NCBI GenBank assembly: GCA_963674705.1 | Contig: OY771506.1 | Location: 1,376,001 to 1,440,000 of the forward strand | DNA: 64,000 nucleotides | DNA from: Phycisphaeraceae bacterium | GTDB taxonomy: Bacteria; Planctomycetota; Phycisphaerae; Phycisphaerales; Phycisphaeraceae | Reading direction: 5' to 3' | Shown: positions 9,789 to 18,449 of the stretch, piece after piece | Layout of the letters: every line of letters begins with the position of its first letter | How positions within the stretch are numbered: the first letter of the stretch is position 1 | Made by a program: the position numbers and the translations under genes | The notes under the pieces: model-generated | Seen by the model: the letters and a program-made list of their open reading frames with translations, nothing else | Databases searched by the model: none | Told to the model about the DNA's origin: nothing

Positions 9789-10298
9789 TCAGATCCGTTC
9801 GACCGTCACCCTCCCGGTAAAGGCCGCAACCGTTACACGGTACTGCTCGCCCTTGTACTCAATCACAACGGTCCCGCCGTTACTGGGACCGCCCAGCGCA
9901 TCAAACTCAAGCGTCGATGAGCCGTTAAAATCCGCGGACACGATCTCGACGCCCTGGAACCGGTCGTCCGTCGTGAAGTCCACGATGTAGTTATTGCTGG
10001 ACCCGTTTTTCCACCTGACGGTCAGGATGCTGTCTGACTCGTCGGTTAACGCGTAGCTCTCGGTGGCCGGATCGAAGACGACCTTTCGCACACCTTGGCG
10101 TGCGATGGCGTCGTTTTGCGCGTAAAGGATGTCCGCTACGATGATGCGGGCCGCGGCCTGCACGCCCAATGTCCCCGCAGACAGCATGTGAGGTACGATC
10201 ATCGCCGAGGCGATCCCCAGGATCGCCACAACGATCAATACCTCGACCAGCGTATAGCCGGTTCGGTTACGGGTTGGCTTGGATCGTACTTCGTGCAT
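9789..10298 (-). CDS. Minor prepilin (FimT/GspH-like)
   Basis: G|YTLVEVLIVV type IV N-methylation motif, C-terminal TGRV. Confidence 0.8.
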   Translation of the reverse strand: MHEVRSKPTRNRTGYTLVEVLIVVAILGIASAMIVPHMLSAGTLGVQAAARIIVADILYAQNDAIARQGVRKVVFDPATESYALTDESDSILTVRWKNGSSNNYIVDFTTDDRFQGVEIVSADFNGSSTLEFDALGGPSNGGTVVIEYKGEQYRVTVAAFTGRVTVERI

Positions 10299-10367
10299 CA
10301 CAACATCAACTCCCACGTAAGCCCACGTTCAACGAACGTGGGCCTCGGAGTTAAACAACACTTTGAA

Positions 10368-10649
10368 TTACTGCTGCTCTTGGGGCTGCGAACCCGCTTC
10401 CAGGCGGACACGCGCCGTACCGTTCTTAAACATTGCCTTGACTTCACCGACTTCGGTTCGGACCTGGTTGACCGCATCGACGATTTGCTTACGCTGCTGC
10501 GCCGCGTTGGCGATGCCTTGGGCGTTTGCTTCCGTGGCAACGGACAACGTCTCGCCGCCGGGCGTGATCGACCACATCGTCCAGACGTTTACGGTAAGCA
10601 GGACCGCGATCACCGTCAGGATCGTGTTCAGGTATCGCAAAGACTTCAT
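10368..10649 (-). CDS. Small membrane-anchored hypothetical protein
   Basis: N-terminal hydrophobic helix, AGAAGGA RBS, typical codon usage. Confidence 0.65.
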   Translation of the reverse strand: MKSLRYLNTILTVIAVLLTVNVWTMWSITPGGETLSVATEANAQGIANAAQQRKQIVDAVNQVRTEVGEVKAMFKNGTARVRLEAGSQPQEQQ

Positions 10650-10693
10650 ATTCCTTCTCCTTCGTGCAGGGAGAAATAGCTCCCATGACGGAT

Positions 10694-10720
10694 AGATCGG
10701 TCAGAAAAAGTTCAGACTGA
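10694..10720 (-). promoter_or_regulatory. Putative sigma-28-type promoter
   Basis: TCAG-N15-ACCGATCT on the minus strand. Confidence 0.35.
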
Positions 10721-10790
10721 GGTTCGGCCGGGGATTCACCGATACTTTTTCCGGCGACTTATCGGCCTGTGACGGCTGCGGAAAGTCCGA

Positions 10791-11282
10791 TCACGGATAC
10801 GTACGAACATCTTTAGTCGTATCCAGGTCAACCTCGGCAGCCTTGGCGGCGGAAATGACACCGTAGACGGTGTGTGTTGCTTCGTCGTAAACCCAACCCA
10901 CGCCGGGCGCGGCGGTGTCGGCGACCGTCTCGCTGTTTTCAAATGGGTTGACGGGCATCTTCAGGATGTAGGGACCGAAGTCCGTACCCGGGTTGCCGTT
11001 CTTATCGGTCTGGCTTGTCAGCACGTTCCATGCGTTGCTTAGTTGTGCCAGCGTGGGATACGTGCTGTCGTGATGTGCGTGATACAGTTCGATCTGTGCG
11101 CGAATGGTATGAAGTGAGGTCTTCATGTTGCTGGAACGCGCCGATTGCGATGCATTGGCAAACTGTGGGACGACCAGCGCAGCGAGGATACCCAGGATCA
11201 CAACAACGATAAGGATTTCGACCAAGGTGAAGGCGCGATTATGCTTCCGTGCATTTACTACATGTGACCGTTGTTTTTCCAT
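10791..11282 (-). CDS. Type IV prepilin / GspG-like pseudopilin
   Basis: A|FTLVEILIVVVILGILAA, IRAQIELY, GPYILKMPVNPF. Confidence 0.85.
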   Translation of the reverse strand: MEKQRSHVVNARKHNRAFTLVEILIVVVILGILAALVVPQFANASQSARSSNMKTSLHTIRAQIELYHAHHDSTYPTLAQLSNAWNVLTSQTDKNGNPGTDFGPYILKMPVNPFENSETVADTAAPGVGWVYDEATHTVYGVISAAKAAEVDLDTTKDVRTYP

Positions 11283-11330
11283 CGTTAGGGTCTCCTAGGC
11301 CGAACGCCTCCAACTTCGCGCTTTTCCCTG

Positions 11331-11362
11331 AAAAACACCGCCGCGGCTGTCAGGCCGCGGCG
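11331..11362 (-). terminator. Intrinsic terminator/attenuator after the major pilin gene
   Basis: CGCCGCGGC stem with a nearby T-run on the minus strand. Confidence 0.6.
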
Positions 11363-11391
11363 ATGGATAAAATCAGTTGGGTAAGTTCAGA

Positions 11392-11916
11392 TTACGGGCC
11401 CTGAACAACGTCAGAGTTCTCGGTCAGCGCTTCGTCAGCCGCGGTACCCAGACCCAGCTCTTCGAGCTGATCCCACTTGCCGGAGGGGATGATGGCCTTG
11501 ATTTCGCCGGTCGCGGCGGTGTAACGCCAGGCACCGGTGTTGTCGGCTGCGACGGCGGTGTTGCTGCCACTGGGCAGGAACGAGTTGACAGGGGCCTGCT
11601 GCAGGTACGGGCCGAAGTCGGTGCCGGCGGTGTCGCCGTCAACGTCGGTCGTCAAGGTCAGGGCTGACCAGTCGCTGGTGTCACCGGCGGTGGCGGCTAC
11701 GCCGGCATCGGGGTAGTCACCGTTGTGCTGTACCTGGTACAGCTCAAGCTGGCTGCGGATGGTCTGGAGTTGGCCGGCCATGCTGGATGCCTTGGCCGAT
11801 TCAGATGCACTTGTGAACTGAGGGATTACGATCGCGGCTAAGATGCCGAGAATCACGACGACGATCAGGATTTCGACCAGGGTGAAGCCCCGGGCCACTC
11901 GTTTACGTGCCAACAT
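11392..11916 (-). CDS. Type IV prepilin, probable major pilin
   Basis: G|FTLVEILIVV motif; AGGAG RBS; first gene of the cluster with its own terminator; paralogous to 10791..11282. Confidence 0.85.
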   Translation of the reverse strand: MLARKRVARGFTLVEILIVVVILGILAAIVIPQFTSASESAKASSMAGQLQTIRSQLELYQVQHNGDYPDAGVAATAGDTSDWSALTLTTDVDGDTAGTDFGPYLQQAPVNSFLPSGSNTAVAADNTGAWRYTAATGEIKAIIPSGKWDQLEELGLGTAADEALTENSDVVQGP

Positions 11917-12273
11917 GGATACTCTCCTAAACCTAAAGGTTCAACCAAAACCCACTTGCTCATGAGCCCCACGCGGGCCCGGGTGTGTTCGGTAACAATC
12001 TTGTTTTCAATCCCCCATCCGTGGGCCGGTCAAACCTCTACTCGGTTCGACCTGTCATCCAATCGTCCAGTAATCGCGGCGACTTAACTCCTGATAACCG
12101 GGATTCGCTTCTTCGATCCGCGGCCGGGCTGAGTCACCCTTCCAACGATCAACGAAACGATTCAGGCAAACAAAAGGCAATCCGTATGTTCACTTTTTCC
12201 CACCCCGCACAGCCCGATAGCATCAACTTGACGGCATAACCGGTACAGGTTGACGGAAGGGGAAAGCTGGAAC

Positions 12274-12307
12274 GCAGAAAAACAGGAAAACAGAAAAGCA
12301 GAAAATA
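12274..12307 (+). repeat. Solo GCAGAAAA-type octamer arm
   Basis: gcagaaaaacaggaaaacagaaaagcagaaaat. Confidence 0.8.
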
Positions 12308-12421
12308 AGAAGCATGTTTGGGCGCAAATACATATAGCCCGACCATCCTGGTCGGGTTGCCTTGCTTTTTTCTCATTTGGTCAACAACTCAAGCCCCGAC
12401 ATCGGCCGAGATTGGGTTGAT

Positions 12422-12850
12422 TTATTCAGACTCGATCTTGTTCAGATGCGCCAGCACCCGCGAAAAAAGCTCGCGTGCTTCGGGGAAGGTCAGCCGCTGC
12501 TTCACCTCGTCCGCGGCCAGCCACGCATAATCCTGTACCTCTTCCGGCTGCACTTCTACCTTCGGATCATCCACCCGCCCCAGAAAAAATGTCACCGTCT
12601 TGTCGACACGCTTGCCCTTCTTATTGATAAACGCATAACGCTCAATAAAAAGCTCGTTGCCGATCAATTCACAGGACGTAATCCCGGCTTCTTCGCCCAG
12701 TTCGCGCAAAGCGGTTTCTGTCGGTGTCTCACCCGAATCCGCGTGCCCCTTCGGGAACCCCCAGTGCCCTTTTTTTTGATGAACGAGAAGAAATCGACGT
12801 GTGCCGTTGTCGTTGTGGATCGGGATGATGCCGAAGGATGCGTCTTGCAT
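12422..12850 (-). CDS. NUDIX hydrolase (Ap4A hydrolase-like)
   Basis: HWGFPKGH, GETPTETALRELGEEAG Nudix box. Confidence 0.85.
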   Translation of the reverse strand: MQDASFGIIPIHNDNGTRRFLLVHQKKGHWGFPKGHADSGETPTETALRELGEEAGITSCELIGNELFIERYAFINKKGKRVDKTVTFFLGRVDDPKVEVQPEEVQDYAWLAADEVKQRLTFPEARELFSRVLAHLNKIESE

Positions 12851-12853
12851 AGT

Positions 12854-12889
12854 AAAACAGAAAAGCAGGAAAACAGAAAAGCAGAAAAT
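12854..12889 (+). repeat. Left octamer (GCAGAAAA) arm of the inverted pair around the four-helix-bundle gene
   Basis: aaaacagaaaagcaggaaaacagaaaagcagaaaat; near-perfect reverse complement of 13268-13313. Confidence 0.9.
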
Positions 12890-13257
12890 TAAGACTGGGG
12901 TTTGCGTTTGGTACGAGCGATCATAGTTTTCATGATCGCCAATAATTCCTTGGATTCGCCGAGTAAAGGTGCGAGACGTTCTTCAGTGAAGTATCCCTGT
13001 TTCACCATGACACGTAGCCAGAACGTGGTTTCATGAAGTTCTTTTGTTGCAATTCCTACGCATTTTACAAAGTCGGCCCGGCTCATCGCTTCGTGAGCCT
13101 CGAACAGGTTCGCACCGACTGACGTTCCGCTGCCGATTAATTGATCGATAACACGGCGAGGTCGGCCATCGGTTTCTAATTGCTCGGCTAAATTCAAAAT
13201 TCTACGGCCGTATTCCACTGCTCGATCAAGCATTTCATCCCGTAGCCTCCCGGACAT
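12889..13257 (-). CDS. Four-helix-bundle protein (23S rRNA intervening-sequence protein / Avd-like family)
   Basis: DQLIGSGTSVGANLFEA, SRADFVKC, KELHETTFWL signature; 122 aa; AGGAGG RBS; lower GC than neighbours. Confidence 0.85.
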   Translation of the reverse strand: MSGRLRDEMLDRAVEYGRRILNLAEQLETDGRPRRVIDQLIGSGTSVGANLFEAHEAMSRADFVKCVGIATKELHETTFWLRVMVKQGYFTEERLAPLLGESKELLAIMKTMIARTKRKPQS

Positions 13258-13267
13258 AACGCCTCCT

Positions 13268-13313
13268 ATTTTCTGCTTTTCTGCTTTTCTGTTTTTCCTG
13301 CTTTTCTGCTTTT
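13268..13313 (-). repeat. Right octamer arm (inverted), overlapping the lepA stop codon
   Basis: attttctgcttttctgcttttctgtttttcctgcttttctgctttt. Confidence 0.9.
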
Positions 13314-15102
13314 ACTCGCCCGTATCCAGTACAGCCATGAACGCTTCCTGCGGGATATCCACCGTCCCCACGCGTTTCATCCGCTCTTTGCCCTTCTTTT
13401 GCTTCTCCAAGAGTTTTCGCTTTCGGGTCACGTCGCCGCCGTAGCACTTTGCCGTGACGTTCTTGCCGACGCTCTTAATGGTCTCGCGGGCGATGATCTT
13501 GCCGCCGATCGCGGCTTGCAGGGGGATCTCGAACAGGTGTTTGTCGATCTGCTTCTTGAGCTTCATCAGTAGTGCCCTGCCACGCTGCTCTGCTTTTTCG
13601 CGGTGCACGATGACCGACAGCGCATCGACGGGCGTACCGTTGACGAGGATGTCCATCTTCACGAGGTTCTCTTTCGAGAAGCCTTTGAGGTGATAGTCCA
13701 TCGTGCCGTAGCCGCTGGTGATGCTCTTGAGCTTGTCGTAGAAGTCGTAAATGATTTCCGCCAGGGGCAGGTCGTATTCGAGGATCTGCCTGGTTTCAGA
13801 CAGGAACTGCTGCTTCTGGTACACGCCACGCCGGTTGCCACAGAGTTTCATCAATTCGCCGATCGAGTCCTTCGGCGTGATGATCTCGACCTGCACCATC
13901 GGCTCGCGTATTTCACGCACCTGCGACATGTCGGGCAGGTCGGCCGGGTTGGTGATCTGCATCACCTCGCCGTCGCTTTTGAGAATCTCATACGTCACGG
14001 TCGGCGCGGTCTGAACGATGGTGACCTTGCCTTCTCGCTCGAGACGTTCCTGGATGATGTCCATATGGAGCATGCCGAGGAACCCGCAGCGGAAACCGAA
14101 ACCCAGCGCCTCACTACTGGTCGGTTGATACGTAAAGCTCGCATCGTTGATATGCAGCCTGCTGATCGCGTCGCGCAGCTCGTCAAACTCGGTATCACCC
14201 GACGGGTAGAAGTCGCAGAACACCATCGGCATGGGTTCTTTGTAGCCCGGCAGGGGCTTGTCGGCCGGGTGCAACTCGCGCGTGATCGTGTCGCCGATGT
14301 TCACATCATCCAGCGTCTTGATATTCGCGACGAAGTACCCCACTTCACCAGCCTTCATCGGCTGCTTATAAGCCGTCATCTTCGGCGTGAACTTGCCGAC
14401 CTCCGTGATGATAAAACTGCGGCCGGTGCCCATCATCAGGATCTTGTCGCCGGCAGTGAGTTGGCCGTTGAAGATACGGAAGTACACCACGACGCCACGG
14501 TAGTCGTCGTAAATCGCGTCGAAGATTAGCGCCTGTGTCTTGGCGCCCGGATCGCCCCCCGGTGCCGGCAGCTTTCTACAGATCGCATCAAGTAGTTCAT
14601 GCACGCCCTGCCCGCTCTTGGCTGAGCAGAAGATGCACTCGTCGGCGGGCAGACCAAGAATGTGCTCCGTCTCCAGCGCGATCTCCTCCGGACGTGCGGC
14701 CGGCAGGTCGATCTTGTTGATGACGGTGATGATCTCAAGGTTCGCGTCCACAGCCATGTACGCATTCGCGACCGTCTGTGCCTCCACGCCCTGGCTGGCA
14801 TCGACCACCAGGACCGCCCCTTCGCATGCGGTCAACGCCCGGGAAACCTCATAGTGGAAGTCCACGTGACCCGGCGTGTCGATGAAGTTGAGCATGAAGT
14901 CTTTGCCATCACACTTATGGTTCACCGTGACGGCCGAGGCCTTGATCGTGATGCCCCGTTCACGCTCCAGATCCATATCGTCCAGCGTCTGCTCGCGGGC
15001 CTCCCGGTCACTGACCGCACCGGTCCCCTGGAGCATACGGTCGGCCAGCGTGCTCTTGCCGTGATCTATGTGTGCAATAATGCAGAAGTTACGGATTTCC
15101 AT
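13312..15102 (-). CDS. lepA: Elongation factor 4
   Basis: IRNFCIIAHIDHGKSTLADR, GFRCGFLGMLH, AKCYGGDVTRKRKLLEKQK. Confidence 0.98.
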   Translation of the reverse strand: MEIRNFCIIAHIDHGKSTLADRMLQGTGAVSDREAREQTLDDMDLERERGITIKASAVTVNHKCDGKDFMLNFIDTPGHVDFHYEVSRALTACEGAVLVVDASQGVEAQTVANAYMAVDANLEIITVINKIDLPAARPEEIALETEHILGLPADECIFCSAKSGQGVHELLDAICRKLPAPGGDPGAKTQALIFDAIYDDYRGVVVYFRIFNGQLTAGDKILMMGTGRSFIITEVGKFTPKMTAYKQPMKAGEVGYFVANIKTLDDVNIGDTITRELHPADKPLPGYKEPMPMVFCDFYPSGDTEFDELRDAISRLHINDASFTYQPTSSEALGFGFRCGFLGMLHMDIIQERLEREGKVTIVQTAPTVTYEILKSDGEVMQITNPADLPDMSQVREIREPMVQVEIITPKDSIGELMKLCGNRRGVYQKQQFLSETRQILEYDLPLAEIIYDFYDKLKSITSGYGTMDYHLKGFSKENLVKMDILVNGTPVDALSVIVHREKAEQRGRALLMKLKKQIDKHLFEIPLQAAIGGKIIARETIKSVGKNVTAKCYGGDVTRKRKLLEKQKKGKERMKRVGTVDIPQEAFMAVLDTGE

Positions 15103-15204
15103 AGGTTTCGGTCATCTATTCATTGGTAATAGCCCCTCGCGGAAGCGTGGGGTTCGCCAAAGGCTTGAGCCACACATTCTAGCAGGCCCGGGCTAATAAG
15201 TCGG

Positions 15205-15816
15205 CTACCCACCGGCCCGGCAGGTCTGTTCCAGCAGATCGCACTCCGCCTTGCTCGCCCCTGCCTCTAACAGATTGCTGCGCAGGTTCGCCAGCATCCG
15301 ATCGGTATCCTTCTGCCCACGGCTACGCCGCACCCCCACCACATCGATCAGCCAGGGTTTACCATCATCATCGACCACGACATTGCTGGCCTTGTGATCC
15401 CGGTTGAATAAACCTTTATACGCAAGCCGGCCGGTTAACTGCCCCACCGCGGTCATGAGCTGCATCCGTTTCTGCGGATCTGTCAATTCGCCGTGATGCA
15501 GCAGGTTGTACAGGCTTTTGCCCGTGTAAGGCGTGACCAGCCAGTACTTCCGCTTTGACACCCCCCCACCCACGATCGGCACGACCGCCAATCCCGCCGC
15601 TTTGAGCATCTCACAACACCGCCGCTCACGCTGCCCCGGGTGAATCCTCAGCATACACGCCAGCATCTGCTTGATCGGGCTGTACTCAAACCGCTTGACC
15701 ACGTACGCCCGCCCGCCCGGCGTATCGATCCGCCAGACCCGACTACGCCGATCCTGCTTGTACACCTGCGTCGGCTCAACCGAATCAAGCCAGCCTGGTT
15801 GGAATTCGCATGCCAT
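15205..15816 (-). CDS. Kdo/WaaP-like sugar/LPS kinase fold protein
   Basis: VVKRF, NRDHKASNVV, WLID kinase-like motifs; start uncertain. Confidence 0.6.
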   Translation of the reverse strand: MACEFQPGWLDSVEPTQVYKQDRRSRVWRIDTPGGRAYVVKRFEYSPIKQMLACMLRIHPGQRERRCCEMLKAAGLAVVPIVGGGVSKRKYWLVTPYTGKSLYNLLHHGELTDPQKRMQLMTAVGQLTGRLAYKGLFNRDHKASNVVVDDDGKPWLIDVVGVRRSRGQKDTDRMLANLRSNLLEAGASKAECDLLEQTCRAGG

Positions 15817-16007
15817 TATGGATGGTGTAGCCGGTTCGCGATGAACCCGCAACCCACAACCAACGGTAACGCAATACACCTGCCCCTTCGTACTTCCCTA
15901 GACATTCCACAACCATAAACCTCCCAATCCAAACAGCACGCCCTCGTGCAAACCGAATTAAATCCCGCCTGTTTCCTTTCATCATGCACCAGCAATATGC
16001 CGCAGGC

Positions 16008-16035
16008 TTGACAAACTTCGTATTTAGGCTAAATT
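16008..16035 (+). promoter_or_regulatory. Sigma-70 promoter with overlapping palindrome (possible ArsR autoregulatory operator)
   Basis: TTGACA-N16-TAAATT; ATTTAG-G-CTAAAT palindrome at 16022-16034. Confidence 0.5.
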
Positions 16036-16043
16036 CTATCCTT

Positions 16044-16331
16044 ATGACAAGGCCATTACTGACCAACGAGGATCGGGCAGATGTGTTTCGGGGATTGGCA
16101 CATCCGATGCGGCGACAGGTCTTGTCCTTACTGAAACAAAAGGAACGTACGGTCGGTGAAATACTTGACCAGCTAGGTGGCCCCATCGCGATGCCTACAC
16201 TGTCCAGGCATCTTTCGATTCTCCGTGAGTCGGGTTTGGTCAAACAACAAAAAGAAGGTCACTGCCGAATCTATCGCCTCAACCGAGCCGGTTCACAACG
16301 GGCTATCAAGTGGCTCGGGCAGATGGTCTGA
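16044..16331 (+). CDS. ArsR/SmtB family transcriptional regulator
   Basis: VFRGLAHPMRRQVL, TLSRHLSILRESGLV. Confidence 0.85.
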   Translation: MTRPLLTNEDRADVFRGLAHPMRRQVLSLLKQKERTVGEILDQLGGPIAMPTLSRHLSILRESGLVKQQKEGHCRIYRLNRAGSQRAIKWLGQMV

Positions 16332-16510
16332 AGAAGCGATCCCTCCGCCGCTAATCAAGAACTCGTCTCTATAGCAGTCTGAAGCGCACCTACATCACCC
16401 CACCCAGCAACCGTATTCTTCTCCCATATTTCTCACCCCATACCCCATACCCACATCCTTCTTCATCCCCGCTTTCGCATTAGTCTCCAATCTGTCACAA
16501 TGCTCCGCTC

Positions 16511-17221
16511 ATGGGTGATTACTGCATCAAAGACGGCTACGAACACCGCACGGTCAACGCGACGATCGAAGAGTCGGCCGGCGACTACTGGGACCCCAAA
16601 CGCCTGCGCTTAAGTAACTACGCGCAGTGGCATGCCTACAACCGTGCCGCGGAGTTGATCCGCCAGCACGACCTCAAGACCGTCCTCGATGTCGGCTGCG
16701 GCGTCGGGCACAAGCTGATGAACATGATCTCGCCGCTGGCGGAAGTCACCGGCGTCGAGCAGCCCACCGCCGCCGCCAAGGCCAAGGAGCTTTTCCCCCA
16801 AGGTAACTTCGTCAGCGCCGACCTCGAACGGCCGGATGAAACCGGCCTGGGCAAATTCGATCTGCTGCTATGCGTCGATGTCATTGAGCACCTGCTCGAT
16901 CCCGACATTCTCCTGCGCTTCATGCGATCGCACTGTCACGACAACTCGTACATGCTCATCTCCACGATCGAGCGTGATGTCCGCCGGGGTAAAGCCAACA
17001 CGAAGTCCACCAAGGCCGAACACGTCCGCGAGTGGAACCTTGATGAGTTCGGGCGTTACCTCACCAGCCAGGGCTTTGAAGTGATCGAGCACAGGACAGC
17101 TCCCGCGTTCAAGCTGGGTTTGTGGTGGCCGCTGATTAAAGACCGTTGGCGCCTGCTAAAAAAGGGTGTGAGTCTGAACTACAACCAGGTCGCGATCTGC
17201 CGGCCTGCCAAACAGGATTGA
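16511..17221 (+). CDS. Class I SAM-dependent methyltransferase
   Basis: VLDVGCGVG, FDLLLCVDVIEHL. Confidence 0.85.
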   Translation: MGDYCIKDGYEHRTVNATIEESAGDYWDPKRLRLSNYAQWHAYNRAAELIRQHDLKTVLDVGCGVGHKLMNMISPLAEVTGVEQPTAAAKAKELFPQGNFVSADLERPDETGLGKFDLLLCVDVIEHLLDPDILLRFMRSHCHDNSYMLISTIERDVRRGKANTKSTKAEHVREWNLDEFGRYLTSQGFEVIEHRTAPAFKLGLWWPLIKDRWRLLKKGVSLNYNQVAICRPAKQD

Positions 17222-17235
17222 ACAGGGGAAACGCG

Positions 17236-18366
17236 ATGCGCATCTGCCTGTTCACCCCGACATTCCTGCCATCGATCGGCGGCGCGGAACTGGCCGGCGA
17301 CCGCATCCTGCGCGGCCTGCAAGCGCGCGGCCACGAGGTGCAGGTCCTCTGCCAGGACCACGGCGAACCGAAAGATTTGCCTTACCCCGTCACGCGCTAC
17401 AAAAGACCACCCTCGCAAAACCTCTGGCCTGAAGTCTTGAGCCGGCATGTCAAGCGTCTTTACAAACGTGCAACCTTCGACATCGTGCTCGCGTTCTATG
17501 GCTATCCGACCGGTTACGCCGCCGCTCGCATCAAAGACAAGCTCGGTTTCAAACTTGTTGTCAGCGCACGCGGCTCCGACCTGTACCCGAACTTTCACGC
17601 CCTCTCTAAGCCGCGCGTCAAGGCAACGATCCGCTCAGGCTACCGTGGGGCCGACCGCATCATCTCATTAAGCGATTGGCTTGACGGCCGCTTGCGCGAA
17701 GTAGCCGGGCCCGACCTACCGCCGATCGATCGCGTGCTCAACGGCATCGATCTTCAAGCGTTCGATCACGAACTCGATAAAGCTACTACCGCATCACCGC
17801 TATTTGAACTCGAGTCCGGCAAGTACATCCTGCACCTGTCGCGCATCGGCCCGGTCAAACGCCCGGACCTTGCACTCGATGCCGTTAATCAAAGTGCCGA
17901 TCACTTCCGCCGCGCCAACATGAAGTACATCTTCGTCGGTGATGGTGAATCACTCGGCGCGCTGCGTAATAACATCGAAGCGGCGAAACTCGGAGATGTC
18001 GTGCGTTGCCTGGGCCGCCAGACAGGCGACAACAAATACTGGCTGCTCAAACACGCCCGCGCGTTTGTTTCCACCAGCCGTGAAGAAGGCATGCCAAACG
18101 CCGTGATCGAAGCAATCGTGTCAGGTCTGCCGGTTTTATTAAGCGATATCGGCCCGCACACCGAACTGGTCAACCTCACCCACGCAGGCAAAACCTTCCG
18201 CTATCCGGAAGCGGCAGACCTGTCGCGACAACTGGTCGGCTTGCTGAATGATGATCTATCCCAATACCGCACCGCAGCGCATAACTGCCGGCAACTGTTC
18301 AGCCTCAACACCATGATCGACGGCTACGAACGAAGCTTGAAAACAGCGATGGAACAAAACGAATAA
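17236..18366 (+). CDS. Glycosyltransferase family 4
   Basis: IGGAE N-terminus, EGMPNAVIEA (EX7E) motif. Confidence 0.85.
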   Translation: MRICLFTPTFLPSIGGAELAGDRILRGLQARGHEVQVLCQDHGEPKDLPYPVTRYKRPPSQNLWPEVLSRHVKRLYKRATFDIVLAFYGYPTGYAAARIKDKLGFKLVVSARGSDLYPNFHALSKPRVKATIRSGYRGADRIISLSDWLDGRLREVAGPDLPPIDRVLNGIDLQAFDHELDKATTASPLFELESGKYILHLSRIGPVKRPDLALDAVNQSADHFRRANMKYIFVGDGESLGALRNNIEAAKLGDVVRCLGRQTGDNKYWLLKHARAFVSTSREEGMPNAVIEAIVSGLPVLLSDIGPHTELVNLTHAGKTFRYPEAADLSRQLVGLLNDDLSQYRTAAHNCRQLFSLNTMIDGYERSLKTAMEQNE

Positions 18367-18373
18367 TACCCTC

Positions 18374-18449
18374 GTTTAGCGGGCGATCGCAGATCGTCGT
18401 GTCGCTGCAAGTGTTATCTCACGCGCGGATCTGCGATCCGCCGCTAAAC
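18374..18449. repeat. REP-like inverted doublet (GTTTAGCGG...CCGCTAAAC); related copy at 61893-61919
   Basis: gtttagcgggcgatcgcagatc ... gatctgcgatccgccgctaaac between convergent genes; contains the asnB stop codon. Confidence 0.7.

Noticed and set aside
11920..12250. c-di-GMP riboswitch in the long pilin leader
   Set aside because: Could not find the GEMM P1/P2 GNRA-tetraloop/receptor pattern by eye; an Infernal/Rfam scan would settle it
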